The notes below the pieces were generated by a model. The model saw only the letters and a program-made list of their open reading frames with translations. It was not told where the DNA came from and ran no database searches. DNA of 64,000 nt from an uncultured candidate division Zixibacteria bacterium (GTDB lineage Bacteria; Zixibacteria; MSB-5A5; GN15; PGXB01): contig OY969724.1 of the NCBI GenBank assembly GCA_963702205.1, positions 2,784,001 through 2,848,000 of the forward strand, written 5' to 3'. How positions within the stretch are numbered: the first letter of the stretch is position 1; each line of letters starts with the position of its first letter. A program made the position numbers and the translations under genes. Of the stretch, positions 38,562 through 48,818 are shown piece after piece.

Positions 38562-38801
38562 TCAAACCGAGGCTTCTTCCAGAGACTCGAGTTTATCGAG
38601 AATTGAGTTCAACCGGCCTTTAATCCTTTCGGATTTCTGGTTGTTTTCGTCTTCAATGGTTTTCAACCTGGCCCGGGCCGTCTCAAATTCCTGCTTCAAA
38701 TCACCATTTTCGCTTTTCAGCTTAATATTTTCAGCCTTAAGCGACTCGATCAATTCGACCGCCCGACTGATTTTCCTTTCCAGTTGTTCCAGAGTATCCA
38801 T
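38562..38801 (-). CDS. ZapB-like coiled-coil protein
   Basis: LEQLERKI..AVELI..LK.EN..LK.EN heptads; lies between pheT and zapA. Confidence 0.8.
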   Translation of the reverse strand: MDTLEQLERKISRAVELIESLKAENIKLKSENGDLKQEFETARARLKTIEDENNQKSERIKGRLNSILDKLESLEEASV

Positions 38802-38807
38802 ATTATG

Positions 38808-41183
38808 TTAGCCCTTCCTGATTTCAGCGCCAAACTTTTTAGTCAATTCCCCTCCGATGCGCTCGTGCAAGGCGGTCACTTCATCGCTTTCCAGGCTGCG
38901 CTCATCGGAACGATAAACCATGCTGAACGCCAGCGATTTTTTGCCTGCCCCTATATTTTTGCCGCTGTACAAATCAAAAACACGGACCTCCTCCAAAAGC
39001 GCCCCGCCGATTTCTTTGATACAGTCGAACATATCGCCAACTCGGATACCGGCATCGACAATCAGCGCTATATCGCGCAGTGCGGCCGGATAGCGCGGCA
39101 GAGGAGTGAATTTACTTTCCGGGTCCTGTGCCTTGAATAACGGTTCAAAATCCAGTACGGCCGCAAGAAGCGGTTGCTTGATATCAAACTCGCGGGCAAT
39201 CACCGGCTGCAGGGTTCCGATCTCCCCGACAATTGCATCGCCGAGCAGCAAGCGGAATGAGCCGCCTTCGGCGTACGGTCCAAAATTTTCCTGTTTATAT
39301 TTCAACTGCGGCATATTCGAAGATTCCACCAGAGCGTCGATAGCACCTTTCAGATCGTGGAAATCATACGGCCGCCCCTTATCATACCAGTCGTCCGGCG
39401 TATTTCCGGAAAGCGCCAGCCCGACCTGCATCTTTTCCCAATTGTTTTCCTCGGCGAAAAAGGCCCGTCCGAACTCGAAAATTCTCAGGCTCATATTGCG
39501 ATGAGCAATATTGTGTGCTACCACTTTGACCAGCGAATACAAGACACTGTCCTGAAGCACCGAAAGGTCTTCAGCATTGGGATTAAGTATTTTTAATTTT
39601 TTAGATTCGCCTGTAAGCTTCGGGAGGAATTTCGGATCGGCCAGCCCGACACCATAAATTTCGTCGTAACCCTGAGCGGTCAGGACCCGGCGCACAAGTG
39701 CAAAGAACCGGGTTTCTTCGGGAGATTTAGTGAAAAGCGGTCCGTTATTTCGCTCAGCAGTCGGGATATTATCCATACCATTGATGCGCGCGATTTCTTC
39801 GATCAGATCAACTTCGCGGGTAATATCCGGCCGGAACGTCGGTACCGCCACCTCAAGTATCTCTTCACTCTCAACACCGAAATCAAGACCTTTCAATATA
39901 TTAATTATTCGCTCTTCAGAAATATCGGTCCCCAAAAGACTGTTCACGCGGCTGGTCCTGAGTTTCAATCTCAGAGGCTCAATCTCTTTGGGATAGCAAT
40001 CAACTATGCCTTTGAGGACTTCACCATCGGCGTATTGAGCCATAAGTGCGGCAGCACGATTGACGGCGGCGACCACGTTTTCCGGATCGGCCCCTTTTTC
40101 AAAACGGCTCGATGACTCGGTATTCAACCCCAGATTGAGTCTCCCCCGTCGGGTCGTGATCGGGTCGAAATAAGCCGCTTCAAGAAGTATATTGGTCGTC
40201 GTATCTTCGACTTCCGTGTTCATGCCGCCCATTATGCCGGCCGCGGCAATGCCTTTTTTGCCGTCGGTGATGAGCAGCACATCAGGAGTCAATTCATGCT
40301 CTTTTTCATCGAGAGTCGTTAATTTTTCTTTATTTTTGGCCCGTCTGACTACGATCTCTTTGTGATCCAGCCGGTCGTAATCGAAGGCGTGCAGGGGATG
40401 CCCGGTTTCGAGCATAACCAGATTGGTAATATCAACCACATTGGAAATCGGCCTTACGCCCGATAGAATAAGCTTGCGGCGTATCCACCATGGTGACGGC
40501 CCAATCTTCACATTCTTTATGATTCGCGCCGCATAACGCGGGCAGGCTTCGGGATCGTCTATGGAAATTTTTATATAGTCGGAAGCAGGTTCCTCGGTTT
40601 CTTCAATCTCGAATTCAGGCTTGGAATGCGTCGTCCCGTTCAGGCAGGCGACATCCCGCGCCACCCCGATGACCGCCAGCATATCGGGGCGGTTGGGGGT
40701 CAAATCGAGACGTAAGACCGAGTCGTCCATCTGCAGGTAATTTATGGCCGAATCGCCGACCGGGGCGTCGTCGTCGAGAACCATAATACCGCTGTGATCG
40801 TCGGAAAGACCCAGTTCGCGCTCCGAGCAGATCATTCCATAGGATTCCACCCCGCGCAGTTTGGCCTTCTTGATTTTGAAATCTTCACCGAGTACGGCCC
40901 CGACTCTGGCCATCACCACCTTCTGGCCTTTCGCCACGTTGGGAGCGCCACAGACAACCTGCACGGCTTCATCGCCGCAGTCGACCATCGCTTTGGTCAG
41001 ATGGTCGCTGTCAGGGATTTTTTCAAGCTCGGTCACGTGCCCAACGACAATATTGTCCCACTTACCTTTGAAAGGGTAGGTAACTTCGGCTTCCGACCCG
41101 GCAATGGTCAGCCTGTCCCCCAGTTCCTCGGGGGTCATGTCGAATTCGGCCAGTTCTTTTATCCAGCTATAAGGTACCAGCAT
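38808..41183 (-). CDS. pheT: Phenylalanine-tRNA ligase beta subunit
   Basis: VVCGAPN, LRGVES.GMICS, LTPNRPD, GHPLHAFD and FDLY.G..GKKSLAF motifs. Confidence 0.98.
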   Translation of the reverse strand: MLVPYSWIKELAEFDMTPEELGDRLTIAGSEAEVTYPFKGKWDNIVVGHVTELEKIPDSDHLTKAMVDCGDEAVQVVCGAPNVAKGQKVVMARVGAVLGEDFKIKKAKLRGVESYGMICSERELGLSDDHSGIMVLDDDAPVGDSAINYLQMDDSVLRLDLTPNRPDMLAVIGVARDVACLNGTTHSKPEFEIEETEEPASDYIKISIDDPEACPRYAARIIKNVKIGPSPWWIRRKLILSGVRPISNVVDITNLVMLETGHPLHAFDYDRLDHKEIVVRRAKNKEKLTTLDEKEHELTPDVLLITDGKKGIAAAGIMGGMNTEVEDTTTNILLEAAYFDPITTRRGRLNLGLNTESSSRFEKGADPENVVAAVNRAAALMAQYADGEVLKGIVDCYPKEIEPLRLKLRTSRVNSLLGTDISEERIINILKGLDFGVESEEILEVAVPTFRPDITREVDLIEEIARINGMDNIPTAERNNGPLFTKSPEETRFFALVRRVLTAQGYDEIYGVGLADPKFLPKLTGESKKLKILNPNAEDLSVLQDSVLYSLVKVVAHNIAHRNMSLRIFEFGRAFFAEENNWEKMQVGLALSGNTPDDWYDKGRPYDFHDLKGAIDALVESSNMPQLKYKQENFGPYAEGGSFRLLLGDAIVGEIGTLQPVIAREFDIKQPLLAAVLDFEPLFKAQDPESKFTPLPRYPAALRDIALIVDAGIRVGDMFDCIKEIGGALLEEVRVFDLYSGKNIGAGKKSLAFSMVYRSDERSLESDEVTALHERIGGELTKKFGAEIRKG

Positions 41184-42196
41184 TACCGAAACTGCCTTAT
41201 GAATCTCATGTCATTTTCGAACAGGAGGCGGATGTCCTTGATGCCGTATTTGAGCATAGCGATGCGCTCAACCCCTATCCCGAACGCATAACCGGTGTAT
41301 TTTTCACTATCGATACCGGCCATATCGAGAACGTTGGGGTCGATCATACCGCAGCCGAGAATTTCCAACCAGCCAAAATGTTTGCACAAAACGCACCCTT
41401 TGCCGCCGCACATGAAGCACGAGATATCCAGCTCCGCCGATGGCTCGGTAAACGGGAAATAGCTGCAACGAAACTTTATGCGGACGTCCTCACCGAAGAA
41501 ATCTTTGCAGAAGGTGTAAAGTGCCCCTTTAAGGTCGGCCATGCTTATGCCCTCGTCGATCACAAAACCGTCAACCTGGTGAAAGATGCAATGCGACCGG
41601 GCGGAGACGGTCTCGTTGCGGTACGTCTTGCCGGGCATCAAAATTTTCATCGGCGGTTTGATCTTCCGCATCACCCGGGCCTGCACCGACGTCGTGTGTG
41701 TCCGCAGCAACCGCCCGCCTTCCAAGTAAAATGTATCCTGCATATCGCGCGCGGGATGGTCGGGCGGGAAATTCAGCGCTTCAAAATTATTATAGTCGTC
41801 TTCGACGTCGGGACCGTAGGCAATCGCGAAGCCCATACGCTCGAAAGACTCACACAGGCGGTTTATGACCCGCGTTATGGGATGGATGGCACCTATTTTG
41901 GTGCGTTTGCCGGGCAAAGTCGGATCGAGTATCGGACCCCTGGGGATCGCGAGAAATTTTTCTTCGGCGGCTTTCAGAGCTTCTTCAAGAGCAGTTTTGG
42001 CGCGATTGGCCGCACCCCCGATAGTTTTTTTATCTTCAACGGAAAGATCTTTAAGACTCTTCAAAATGGACGTAATAGTCCCTTTGCGGCTTAAATGAGC
42101 AATACGGATTTCGTCAAGTTCATTTTTATTTGTGGCCGCCGATATGGCCGACAGAGCGTCGGCCACGATTTTTTCGATATCACCGGCTCCGGGCAT
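41183..42196 (-). CDS. pheS: Phenylalanine-tRNA ligase alpha subunit
   Basis: HPARDMQDTFY, LLRTHT, YFPFTEPS and GYAFGIGVER motifs. Confidence 0.98.
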   Translation of the reverse strand: MPGAGDIEKIVADALSAISAATNKNELDEIRIAHLSRKGTITSILKSLKDLSVEDKKTIGGAANRAKTALEEALKAAEEKFLAIPRGPILDPTLPGKRTKIGAIHPITRVINRLCESFERMGFAIAYGPDVEDDYNNFEALNFPPDHPARDMQDTFYLEGGRLLRTHTTSVQARVMRKIKPPMKILMPGKTYRNETVSARSHCIFHQVDGFVIDEGISMADLKGALYTFCKDFFGEDVRIKFRCSYFPFTEPSAELDISCFMCGGKGCVLCKHFGWLEILGCGMIDPNVLDMAGIDSEKYTGYAFGIGVERIAMLKYGIKDIRLLFENDMRFIRQFR

Positions 42197-42211
42197 ATAA
42201 ATAACCGGAGC

Positions 42212-42562
42212 TTACGCGTTTTTGGCCATGTCAACCAGACGACCGAAGGTCGCCATATCGCGGGCGGCGATATCGGCCAGGACCTTGCGATCCAATCCAA
42301 TGCCGGCCTTTTTCAGACCGTTCATGAAGGTCGAATAATTCAGCCCGAATTGTTTTACTCCGGCGGATATGCGTGTAATCCAGAGGCGGCGGAATTCCCG
42401 CTTTTTATTGCGTCGGTCACGATAGGCATACTTCATGCCCTTGTGAACGGTCTCTATGGCTGTACGATACAACCGCGAACGGCCGCCATAATTTCCGCTG
42501 GCCCTATCCAGCACTTTTTTATGGCGTCTGTGAGCGGCGACGTTATTCTTTGCACGTGGCAT
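42212..42562 (-). CDS. rplT: 50S ribosomal protein L20
   Basis: MPRAK…[19 protein letters not shown]…[10 protein letters not shown]. Confidence 0.98.
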   Translation of the reverse strand: MPRAKNNVAAHRRHKKVLDRASGNYGGRSRLYRTAIETVHKGMKYAYRDRRNKKREFRRLWITRISAGVKQFGLNYSTFMNGLKKAGIGLDRKVLADIAARDMATFGRLVDMAKNA

Positions 42563-42588
42563 TTTATCAATACTCCTGTCGGGCTACT

Positions 42589-42783
42589 TTAATTCGGTAT
42601 TAACCGACTTATTTTCTGAGAATCGGCTTTGCTGACCAGGCTCGCTTTGCGGAGGTTTCTTTTGCGCGTGGCACTCTTCTTGGTCAGAATATGGGTATGA
42701 TAGGCTTTGCGCCTTTTTATCTTACCCGTTGCTGTCTTCTTGAACCGTTTCGCGGCTGACCGGTTCGTCTTTATCTTGGGCAT
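42589..42783 (-). CDS. rpmI: 50S ribosomal protein L35
   Basis: [25 protein letters not shown]…HILTKK. Confidence 0.97.
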   Translation of the reverse strand: MPKIKTNRSAAKRFKKTATGKIKRRKAYHTHILTKKSATRKRNLRKASLVSKADSQKISRLIPN

Positions 42784-43331
42784 CATCCATCCTTTTTTTG
42801 ATATCTTTAATCGCCTGCAGTTTCGGGATCAGAATCATATTGAGCCGTCGGCCTTCCATCTTAGGATCCTGCCCCACGGTACTTATATCTTCAAGTTCTT
42901 TTATTACTCTATCTAAAATCTTGTAACCGTATTCGGTATGAGCCATCTCACGTCCGGAAAACATCACAAAGGCCTTGACCTTGCTTCCCTGCATCAGGAA
43001 CTCGCGCACGTGGCGCGTTTTGAAATTAAAATCATGGTCGTCAATTTTCGGCCGGTAGCGCATTGCTTTCATTTCAACGGTATGCTGTTTCTTTTTGGCC
43101 TGTCGGGCTTTCTTGGATTGTTCGTAACTTGTACTTCCCGAAGTCCATGACCCGGCATACCGGCGGTTTACTGTTGGGGGAAACCTCGACCAGGTCAAGA
43201 TGCACGTCGCGAGCCCTCTGGAGGGCCTCTTTGACCGGGAGAATTCCGATTTGTTCACCATCGTGTCCGATCAACCTGACCGGCGAAACTCTAATACGCT
43301 CATTTACCCGAACAGACTCTTTTCTCTGGAT
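42722..43331 (-). CDS. infC: Translation initiation factor IF-3 (non-AUG start; 1-nt frameshift at ~43126)
   Basis: N-domain [16 protein letters not shown]…[20 protein letters not shown] and C-domain YEQSKK…RPKIDDHDF are in different frames. GAGGAGG is followed by ATA (43334) or ATC (43331). Confidence 0.93.
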
Positions 43332-43344
43332 TATTTTATCCTCC

Positions 43345-45282
43345 TCAAATCAATTGCGGGGTTACCGCCTTGGTTTGAATCTCCTCTTTTAATTTATCGA
43401 TCAACTCGTCAACTCTATAGGAGCCCTTGTCGCCGTAGCCGTGAATTCTTACCGACACTTCCCCGGCGTCCTTCTCCCTGGCTCCAATTATAAGCATATA
43501 CGGGATTTTCTGCAACTCCGATTCGCGAATCTTATGGCCGATTTTTTCCGACCGCGAATCCAGCTCGCATCTGATACCGGCGGCTTTCAGTTTATCGGCT
43601 ACTTCCTGACTGTATTCGTTGAAGTCATCGGTGATGGGCAATACCCTGGTTTGCACCGGGGCCAGCCAGAGCGGGAATTTCCCGGCGTAATGCTCTATCA
43701 AAACTCCGAAAAACCGTTCCACCGAACCCAGAAGCGCCCGGTGAATCATATACGGTCGCACCAATTGACCGTTTTTGTCGGCAAAGGTCAGATCGAATCT
43801 ATCCGGCAGAGAGAAATCGAACTGTATGGTCGAGCATTGCCAGCTACGCCCGAGGGCGTCTTTGATCTTGATATCAATCTTGGGCCCGTAAAAAGCACCC
43901 CCGCCTTCATCGACCGAATACTTCAGGTCGAGAATATCCATCGCCCGACGCAGGCCGTTTTCGGCCTTTACCCAGTCTTCCGGGTCACCGATGGCTTTCT
44001 CCGGCCGTGTAGAAAGAAATATATCGTATTCGGGGAACTTGAAAGCATCCAGAATATATATACAGAATTTTATCAGCCAGACCAGTTCGTCTTCCATCGA
44101 GTCCGGTGAGACAAAATGATGGGCGTCGTCCTGCGTAAAACCGCGCACCCGCATCAAGCCGTGCAGCACACCCGGCATTTCGTAACGATACACCGTCCCG
44201 AGCTCTGCCCATCGGAGCGGCAAATCGCGATAGCTCCACCGCCTTGATTTATACATATGAATGTGGAACGGGCAGTTCATCGGCTTTATCTGGTAGCGTT
44301 GGTCGTCGACCTTTATCGGCTCGTACATGTTTTCGGCGTAAAAGCCGGTATGACCCGACCGATTCCATAAATCGAGATGAGCAATATGCGGACTGAAAAC
44401 CAGGTCATAGCCGTTTTTGAGATGCTCCTCGCGCCAGAAGTTTTCTATTTCGTTGCGGATGATCGCTCCCCTGGGCAGCCACATCACCAATCCGGCGCCG
44501 ACTTCGTTGGTAATATGGAACAGCTCCAGCTGTTTGCCCAGAACGCGGTGGTCACGCTTTTTGGCCTCTTCCAGACGATACAGGTAATCATCGAGCATGC
44601 TTTTCTTCGGGTACGAGACACCGTAAATGCGCTGGAGCATAGTGCGCTTTTCATCACCACGCCAATAAGCGCCAGACGAAGAGATCAGCTTGAACGCCTT
44701 GATTATCCCCGTATTCGGTATGTGCGGACCGCGACACAGGTCTTTGAACGTCGAATGCTGGTACACGGTGACGCGGTCGTCGAGAATATCTTCTTCCAGC
44801 ATTTCGACTTTATATACGGCTTTCTCTTTTTTGTACTTATCCAGCACCTCGGTGCGCGAGAACTCGGTCCGGTGGAACTCCGCTTTTTCGTTTATGATTT
44901 CCTGCATTCTCTTTTCAATGCGTTCCAGGTCCTCGGGCGAGAACGGTTTTTCCACTTCGAAATCGTAATAGAAGCCTTCTTCTATTGCCGGACCGATAGC
45001 CAGCCTGGTTCCGGGAAACAGATCCAGCACCGCCTGGGCCATGATGTGGGCCGAGGAATGCCAAAACGTTTCTTTGCCTTCGCGATCGTCGAAAGTAAGA
45101 ATTTGCACCGGTGCATTGACGTCGATCTCGCAGTTCAAATCCCTGACTTTGCCATCCACTTTAACCGCAATGGCCTCTTTGGCGAGCCGAGGAGATATCG
45201 ATTTGGCAATATCATAGCCGGTCGTCCCTGCGGGGTACGACTTCGATGAACCGTCCGGTAATGTAATCGTTACGTTGCTCAT
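43345..45282 (-). CDS. thrS: Threonine-tRNA ligase
   Basis: [39 protein letters not shown] and GAFYGPKID motifs. Start taken as [11 protein letters not shown]. Confidence 0.98.
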   Translation of the reverse strand: MSNVTITLPDGSSKSYPAGTTGYDIAKSISPRLAKEAIAVKVDGKVRDLNCEIDVNAPVQILTFDDREGKETFWHSSAHIMAQAVLDLFPGTRLAIGPAIEEGFYYDFEVEKPFSPEDLERIEKRMQEIINEKAEFHRTEFSRTEVLDKYKKEKAVYKVEMLEEDILDDRVTVYQHSTFKDLCRGPHIPNTGIIKAFKLISSSGAYWRGDEKRTMLQRIYGVSYPKKSMLDDYLYRLEEAKKRDHRVLGKQLELFHITNEVGAGLVMWLPRGAIIRNEIENFWREEHLKNGYDLVFSPHIAHLDLWNRSGHTGFYAENMYEPIKVDDQRYQIKPMNCPFHIHMYKSRRWSYRDLPLRWAELGTVYRYEMPGVLHGLMRVRGFTQDDAHHFVSPDSMEDELVWLIKFCIYILDAFKFPEYDIFLSTRPEKAIGDPEDWVKAENGLRRAMDILDLKYSVDEGGGAFYGPKIDIKIKDALGRSWQCSTIQFDFSLPDRFDLTFADKNGQLVRPYMIHRALLGSVERFFGVLIEHYAGKFPLWLAPVQTRVLPITDDFNEYSQEVADKLKAAGIRCELDSRSEKIGHKIRESELQKIPYMLIIGAREKDAGEVSVRIHGYGDKGSYRVDELIDKLKEEIQTKAVTPQLI

Positions 45283-45340
45283 ACCTAAACTATAAGCGGG
45301 CATAAATCGCCATATTATACGATTCATATCCCGCTAAAAA

Positions 45341-45417
45341 TGGTGGGCGATACTGGAATTGAACCAGTGACCTCTTGCATGTCAAGCAAGCACTCTAACC
45401 AACTGAGCTAATCGCCC
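45341..45417 (-). tRNA. tRNA-Val(GAC)
   Basis: GGGCGATTAGCTCAGTTGGTTAGAG…CTTGC-TTGACAT-GCAAG…GGTTCAATTCC..TATCGCCCACCA; full cloverleaf with encoded CCA. Confidence 0.97.
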
Positions 45418-45462
45418 ATATTTTAAAATCAAAAAGTCACGTCTAATCTTATGTAAACGGCT

Positions 45463-45491
45463 ATCATATATATAATTATCGAATCTGTCAA
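45463..45491 (-). promoter_or_regulatory. Sigma70 promoter for tRNA-Val/thrS
   Basis: TTGACA-N17-TATGAT. Confidence 0.75.
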
Positions 45492-45706
45492 GGAAAATAT
45501 TAGAAAGGGAGATCAGAATGTATGGCATATTCATCCGCATCGGCGGCCTTAACTTGTGATATTAAGAACCTTGACTGAAGCACTCAAGTCATTTTTGACA
45601 AGCTGATTTGTCGCACTCCCGATTGGCGTTTTAAAAATAGCGAGACCAGGGGCTTAAACCCCCTTTTGCACCCATCGTAGACCATAACAAAACCATAAAA
45701 AAGCGC

Positions 45707-45734
45707 TTGCCAGAAAATTGCTTTTGTATATAAT
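45707..45734 (+). promoter_or_regulatory. Sigma70 promoter for hbd-ackA-nfnAB
   Basis: TTGCCA-N16-TATAAT. Confidence 0.7.
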
Positions 45735-45745
45735 ACGGCGTGAAT

Positions 45746-45763
45746 TTGTTACTTTTTTCACAT
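45746..45763 (+). promoter_or_regulatory. Rex/CRP-like operator
   Basis: TTGTTAC-TTTT-TTCACAT versus Rex TTGTGAA-N4-TTCACAA; lies just downstream of the -10 box. Confidence 0.45.
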
Positions 45764-45782
45764 ATTGGAAAGGCAGGCCGAA

Positions 45783-46679
45783 ATGGCTATAAATAAAATC
45801 CTGATCGTCGGCGCCGGTGTCATGGGCCAGGGGCTGGCTGAGACAATTGCCGGCACGGGAACCGAAGTCATTTTGCTGGATCGCACCCTCAAAAATGCCC
45901 ACAAAGGCATATTGGGTGTGGGTGAAAGAATCGATCATGAAATAAAAAAATGGGGCAAAACTCACTCCGAAAAGCGGGCCATTCTGTCCAGAATTACGCC
46001 TTCGGCCGACCTTCAGGTGGCCAAAAATGCCGATTTGATAATTGAGGCCATACCCGACATCATGAGACAGAAGCGCGAGCTGTTTCAAAAACTGGACGAC
46101 CTCTGCCCTGACGAAGTCGTCTTTATCACCAATACCGCGACCCTGTCCATCAGCGAGCTGGCCGCATCGACCGACCGTCCCGACAAACTGATCGGCATGC
46201 ACTTCCTGCACCCGGTTCCGGCCATACCGATTGTTGAAATCATCCGTGGCTTGAAAACTTCGGAAGCAACGTTTAATACCGCCAAAGAATTCGCGGAACT
46301 TCTGGGCAAGACAGCCATCAGTGTCTTTGAATATCCGGGTTACGTCACGACCCGTGTAATTGTCCCGCTACTCAATGAAGCGATGCATGTCGTCATGGAA
46401 GGTATCTGTTCCGCCCGTGACGTGGACCGGGCCATGAAACTCGGTTTCGGATTCAACGTCGGGCCGCTGGCGCTGGCCGATATGATGGGTCTTGATGTCG
46501 TCATGTCCTGGATGGAAAACCTGCTGAAAGAACTATCCGAACATAAATATAATCCCTGTCCCCTCCTGAGGAAAATGGTCCGGGCGGGGTATCTTGGAGT
46601 AAAATCGGGCGAAGGCTTTTTCAAGTACGATGAAGAAGGCAATAGTCTCGGTGAAAGTGATATCATTAAAAAAGGTTAA
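45783..46679 (+). CDS. 3-hydroxyacyl/3-hydroxybutyryl-CoA dehydrogenase family protein
   Basis: GAGVMG, IEAIPD, GMHFLHP..VEIIRG, GPLALAD.MGLD and G.LG.KSG.GFF.Y motifs. Confidence 0.92.
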   Translation: MAINKILIVGAGVMGQGLAETIAGTGTEVILLDRTLKNAHKGILGVGERIDHEIKKWGKTHSEKRAILSRITPSADLQVAKNADLIIEAIPDIMRQKRELFQKLDDLCPDEVVFITNTATLSISELAASTDRPDKLIGMHFLHPVPAIPIVEIIRGLKTSEATFNTAKEFAELLGKTAISVFEYPGYVTTRVIVPLLNEAMHVVMEGICSARDVDRAMKLGFGFNVGPLALADMMGLDVVMSWMENLLKELSEHKYNPCPLLRKMVRAGYLGVKSGEGFFKYDEEGNSLGESDIIKKG

Positions 46680-46685
46680 ACAATA

Positions 46686-47891
46686 ATGAACATTCTGGTT
46701 TTAAATTGCGGTTCTTCGTCGGTCAAGTATCAATTTTTCGATACTGATAAAAAGGCTGCGCTGGCCATCGGTGACGTGGCCCGCATCGGGATGTCCGGCG
46801 CCGTTCTGACCCACCGACCTTTCGATCGGCCCGAAGTCAAAGTTACCGGGGAAATGCTGGATCACATCGTCGCTATCGAGCATGTAATATCCGTATTGCT
46901 GTCGGCTAATCACGGCGTCATTAAGGATAAGTCGGAAATACACGCCATCGGTCACAGAGTCGTGCACGGAGGTGAAGAGTTCACCGGCTCCATATTGATT
47001 GATACCGACGTTTTGAGACAAATCCGCAAGCTGATCGACCTGGCTCCCCTGCACAATCCGCACAACCTTCGCGGTATCGACGCCTGCCAGAAGAACCTGC
47101 CGGGTGTGCCGCAAGTAGCCGTATTCGATACTTCGTTCCACTGCGGAATGCCGCCTCAAGCCTACATCTACGGACTGCCGTACGTCATGTATAAAAAGTA
47201 TGCTATACGCCGTTACGGTTTTCACGGGACATCGCATCGTTACGTTTCCGAGCGCGCCGCGGATATGCTCGGCAAACCGATAGATCAACTGCGTATAATC
47301 ACCTGCCACCTCGGCAACGGTGCTTCAATTGCGGCGGTCGATAAAGGCCGCTCAGTGGATACGTCGATGGGCTTCACGCCGCTGGAGGGTCTTCTGATGG
47401 GAACCCGCTGCGGCGATATGGACCCGGCCGTGATATTGCACATCATGGGCCGCGAGGAACTATCGTTGCACGAGGCCAATACTCTGATGAACAAACATTC
47501 CGGCCTGGCCGGTGTCTCGGGTGTATCATCGGACATGCGCGAAATTATCGAGGCCATGAAAGACGGCCACAGTACCGCCAGGCTGGCTTTTGATATTTAC
47601 TGCTATAGATTGAAAAAATATATCGGGGCATATGCCGCCACTATGGGTGGACTGGATGCCGTAGTTTTTACCGCCGGGATCGGACAAAACTCCCCCGACG
47701 TGCGCGCTCATACCTGCGAAGGCCTTGAGTTTCTTGGAATAACCATTGACTCAGGTAAAAACGAACAGGCCGTGAACGTGGAAGCCGATATCAGCCGCGA
47801 CGATGCAACCGTGCGGACGCTCGCTATTCCGACCAATGAAGAACTGGTGATAGCTTTGGATACGCAGAATATTGTGACTAATTTGGAATAA
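46686..47891 (+). CDS. ackA: Acetate kinase
   Basis: LNCGSSSVKY, GHRVVHGG, APLHNP, RYGFHGTSH, HLGNGAS and PTNEE motifs. Confidence 0.98.
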   Translation: MNILVLNCGSSSVKYQFFDTDKKAALAIGDVARIGMSGAVLTHRPFDRPEVKVTGEMLDHIVAIEHVISVLLSANHGVIKDKSEIHAIGHRVVHGGEEFTGSILIDTDVLRQIRKLIDLAPLHNPHNLRGIDACQKNLPGVPQVAVFDTSFHCGMPPQAYIYGLPYVMYKKYAIRRYGFHGTSHRYVSERAADMLGKPIDQLRIITCHLGNGASIAAVDKGRSVDTSMGFTPLEGLLMGTRCGDMDPAVILHIMGREELSLHEANTLMNKHSGLAGVSGVSSDMREIIEAMKDGHSTARLAFDIYCYRLKKYIGAYAATMGGLDAVVFTAGIGQNSPDVRAHTCEGLEFLGITIDSGKNEQAVNVEADISRDDATVRTLAIPTNEELVIALDTQNIVTNLE

Positions 47892-47933
47892 TAATCTTTT
47901 TGAATACTGCCGATCAGTCGGCGAGGAGGCGAG

Positions 47934-48809
47934 TTGTTTGAAATTCTGGACAAGAAGGAGTTGTGCGAAAAGGTTCACCAGTTCCGGGTTAAGGCCCCTC
48001 ACCTGGTTTCCAAAGCCAAAGCCGGTCAGTTCGTGATCCTGAGGAAGGATGAATCGGGCGAACGTATTCCGATGTCGATTGGCGGGCTCGACCGTGAAAA
48101 CGGCATTCTCACTATCGTCATACAAGAAGTGGGAAAAACTTCGGCGGCCATGAATCGCATGAAAAAGGGTGATTTTTTCGCCGATGTCGTCGGGCCGCTG
48201 GGCGTGCCGTCACACGTCGAGAAATTCGGCCATTGCATCTGCATCGGCGGTGGTGTCGGCATTCCGCCCATCTACCCTATTGCCCAGGCTCTGAAAGAGG
48301 CTGGAAACAAGGTCACGATAATTGTCGGCGCCCGGACCAAGGGCCTGCTGATATTCGAGCAGGAGCTGACATCGGCGTCCGATGAACTTAAGATTTCCAC
48401 CGATGACGGCTCGTTCGGGACGCACGGGTTCGTTACGACTATATTGCAGCAGATGATCGACGACGGCGAGCAAATCGACATGGTTATCGCTGTCGGCCCG
48501 GTGCCGATGATGAAGGCGGTCGTAAAAACCACCCGCGAACCGAAAATCAAAACGTATGTAAGCTTGAACCCGATAATGGTTGACGGGACGGGCATGTGTG
48601 GCGCCTGCCGCGTGACGGTCGGCGGCAAAACCAAATTCGCCTGTGTCGACGGCCCCGATTTTGACGGACACGATGTCGATTTTGATGAAATGACCAAACG
48701 GTTGAAAATGTATAACCGCTATGAAAAACGTTCTTACGATAAATTCCTTGAAGATGAACACTGCCGTCTGGCCAAAGCGGCGGAAGAGTTGAAGAACCAG
48801 ACAATTTAG
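47934..48809 (+). CDS. nfnA: NfnA/SudB small subunit of electron-bifurcating transhydrogenase
   Basis: GQFVILR..GERIP, GPLG, GGGVG, MVDGTGMCGACRV and CVDGPDF motifs; TTG start after GAGGAGG. Confidence 0.9.
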   Translation: MFEILDKKELCEKVHQFRVKAPHLVSKAKAGQFVILRKDESGERIPMSIGGLDRENGILTIVIQEVGKTSAAMNRMKKGDFFADVVGPLGVPSHVEKFGHCICIGGGVGIPPIYPIAQALKEAGNKVTIIVGARTKGLLIFEQELTSASDELKISTDDGSFGTHGFVTTILQQMIDDGEQIDMVIAVGPVPMMKAVVKTTREPKIKTYVSLNPIMVDGTGMCGACRVTVGGKTKFACVDGPDFDGHDVDFDEMTKRLKMYNRYEKRSYDKFLEDEHCRLAKAAEELKNQTI

Positions 48810-48818
48810 GATACTGCA

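Noticed and set aside
9630..43127. Programmed recoding at the mltD and infC frameshifts
   Set aside because: No slippery sequence or stimulator is present. Single-base duplications are better explained as sequencing errors.
45341..45700. Integrative element at tRNA-Val
   Set aside because: No integrase or duplicated tRNA 3' end is seen, and the flanks are housekeeping genes.
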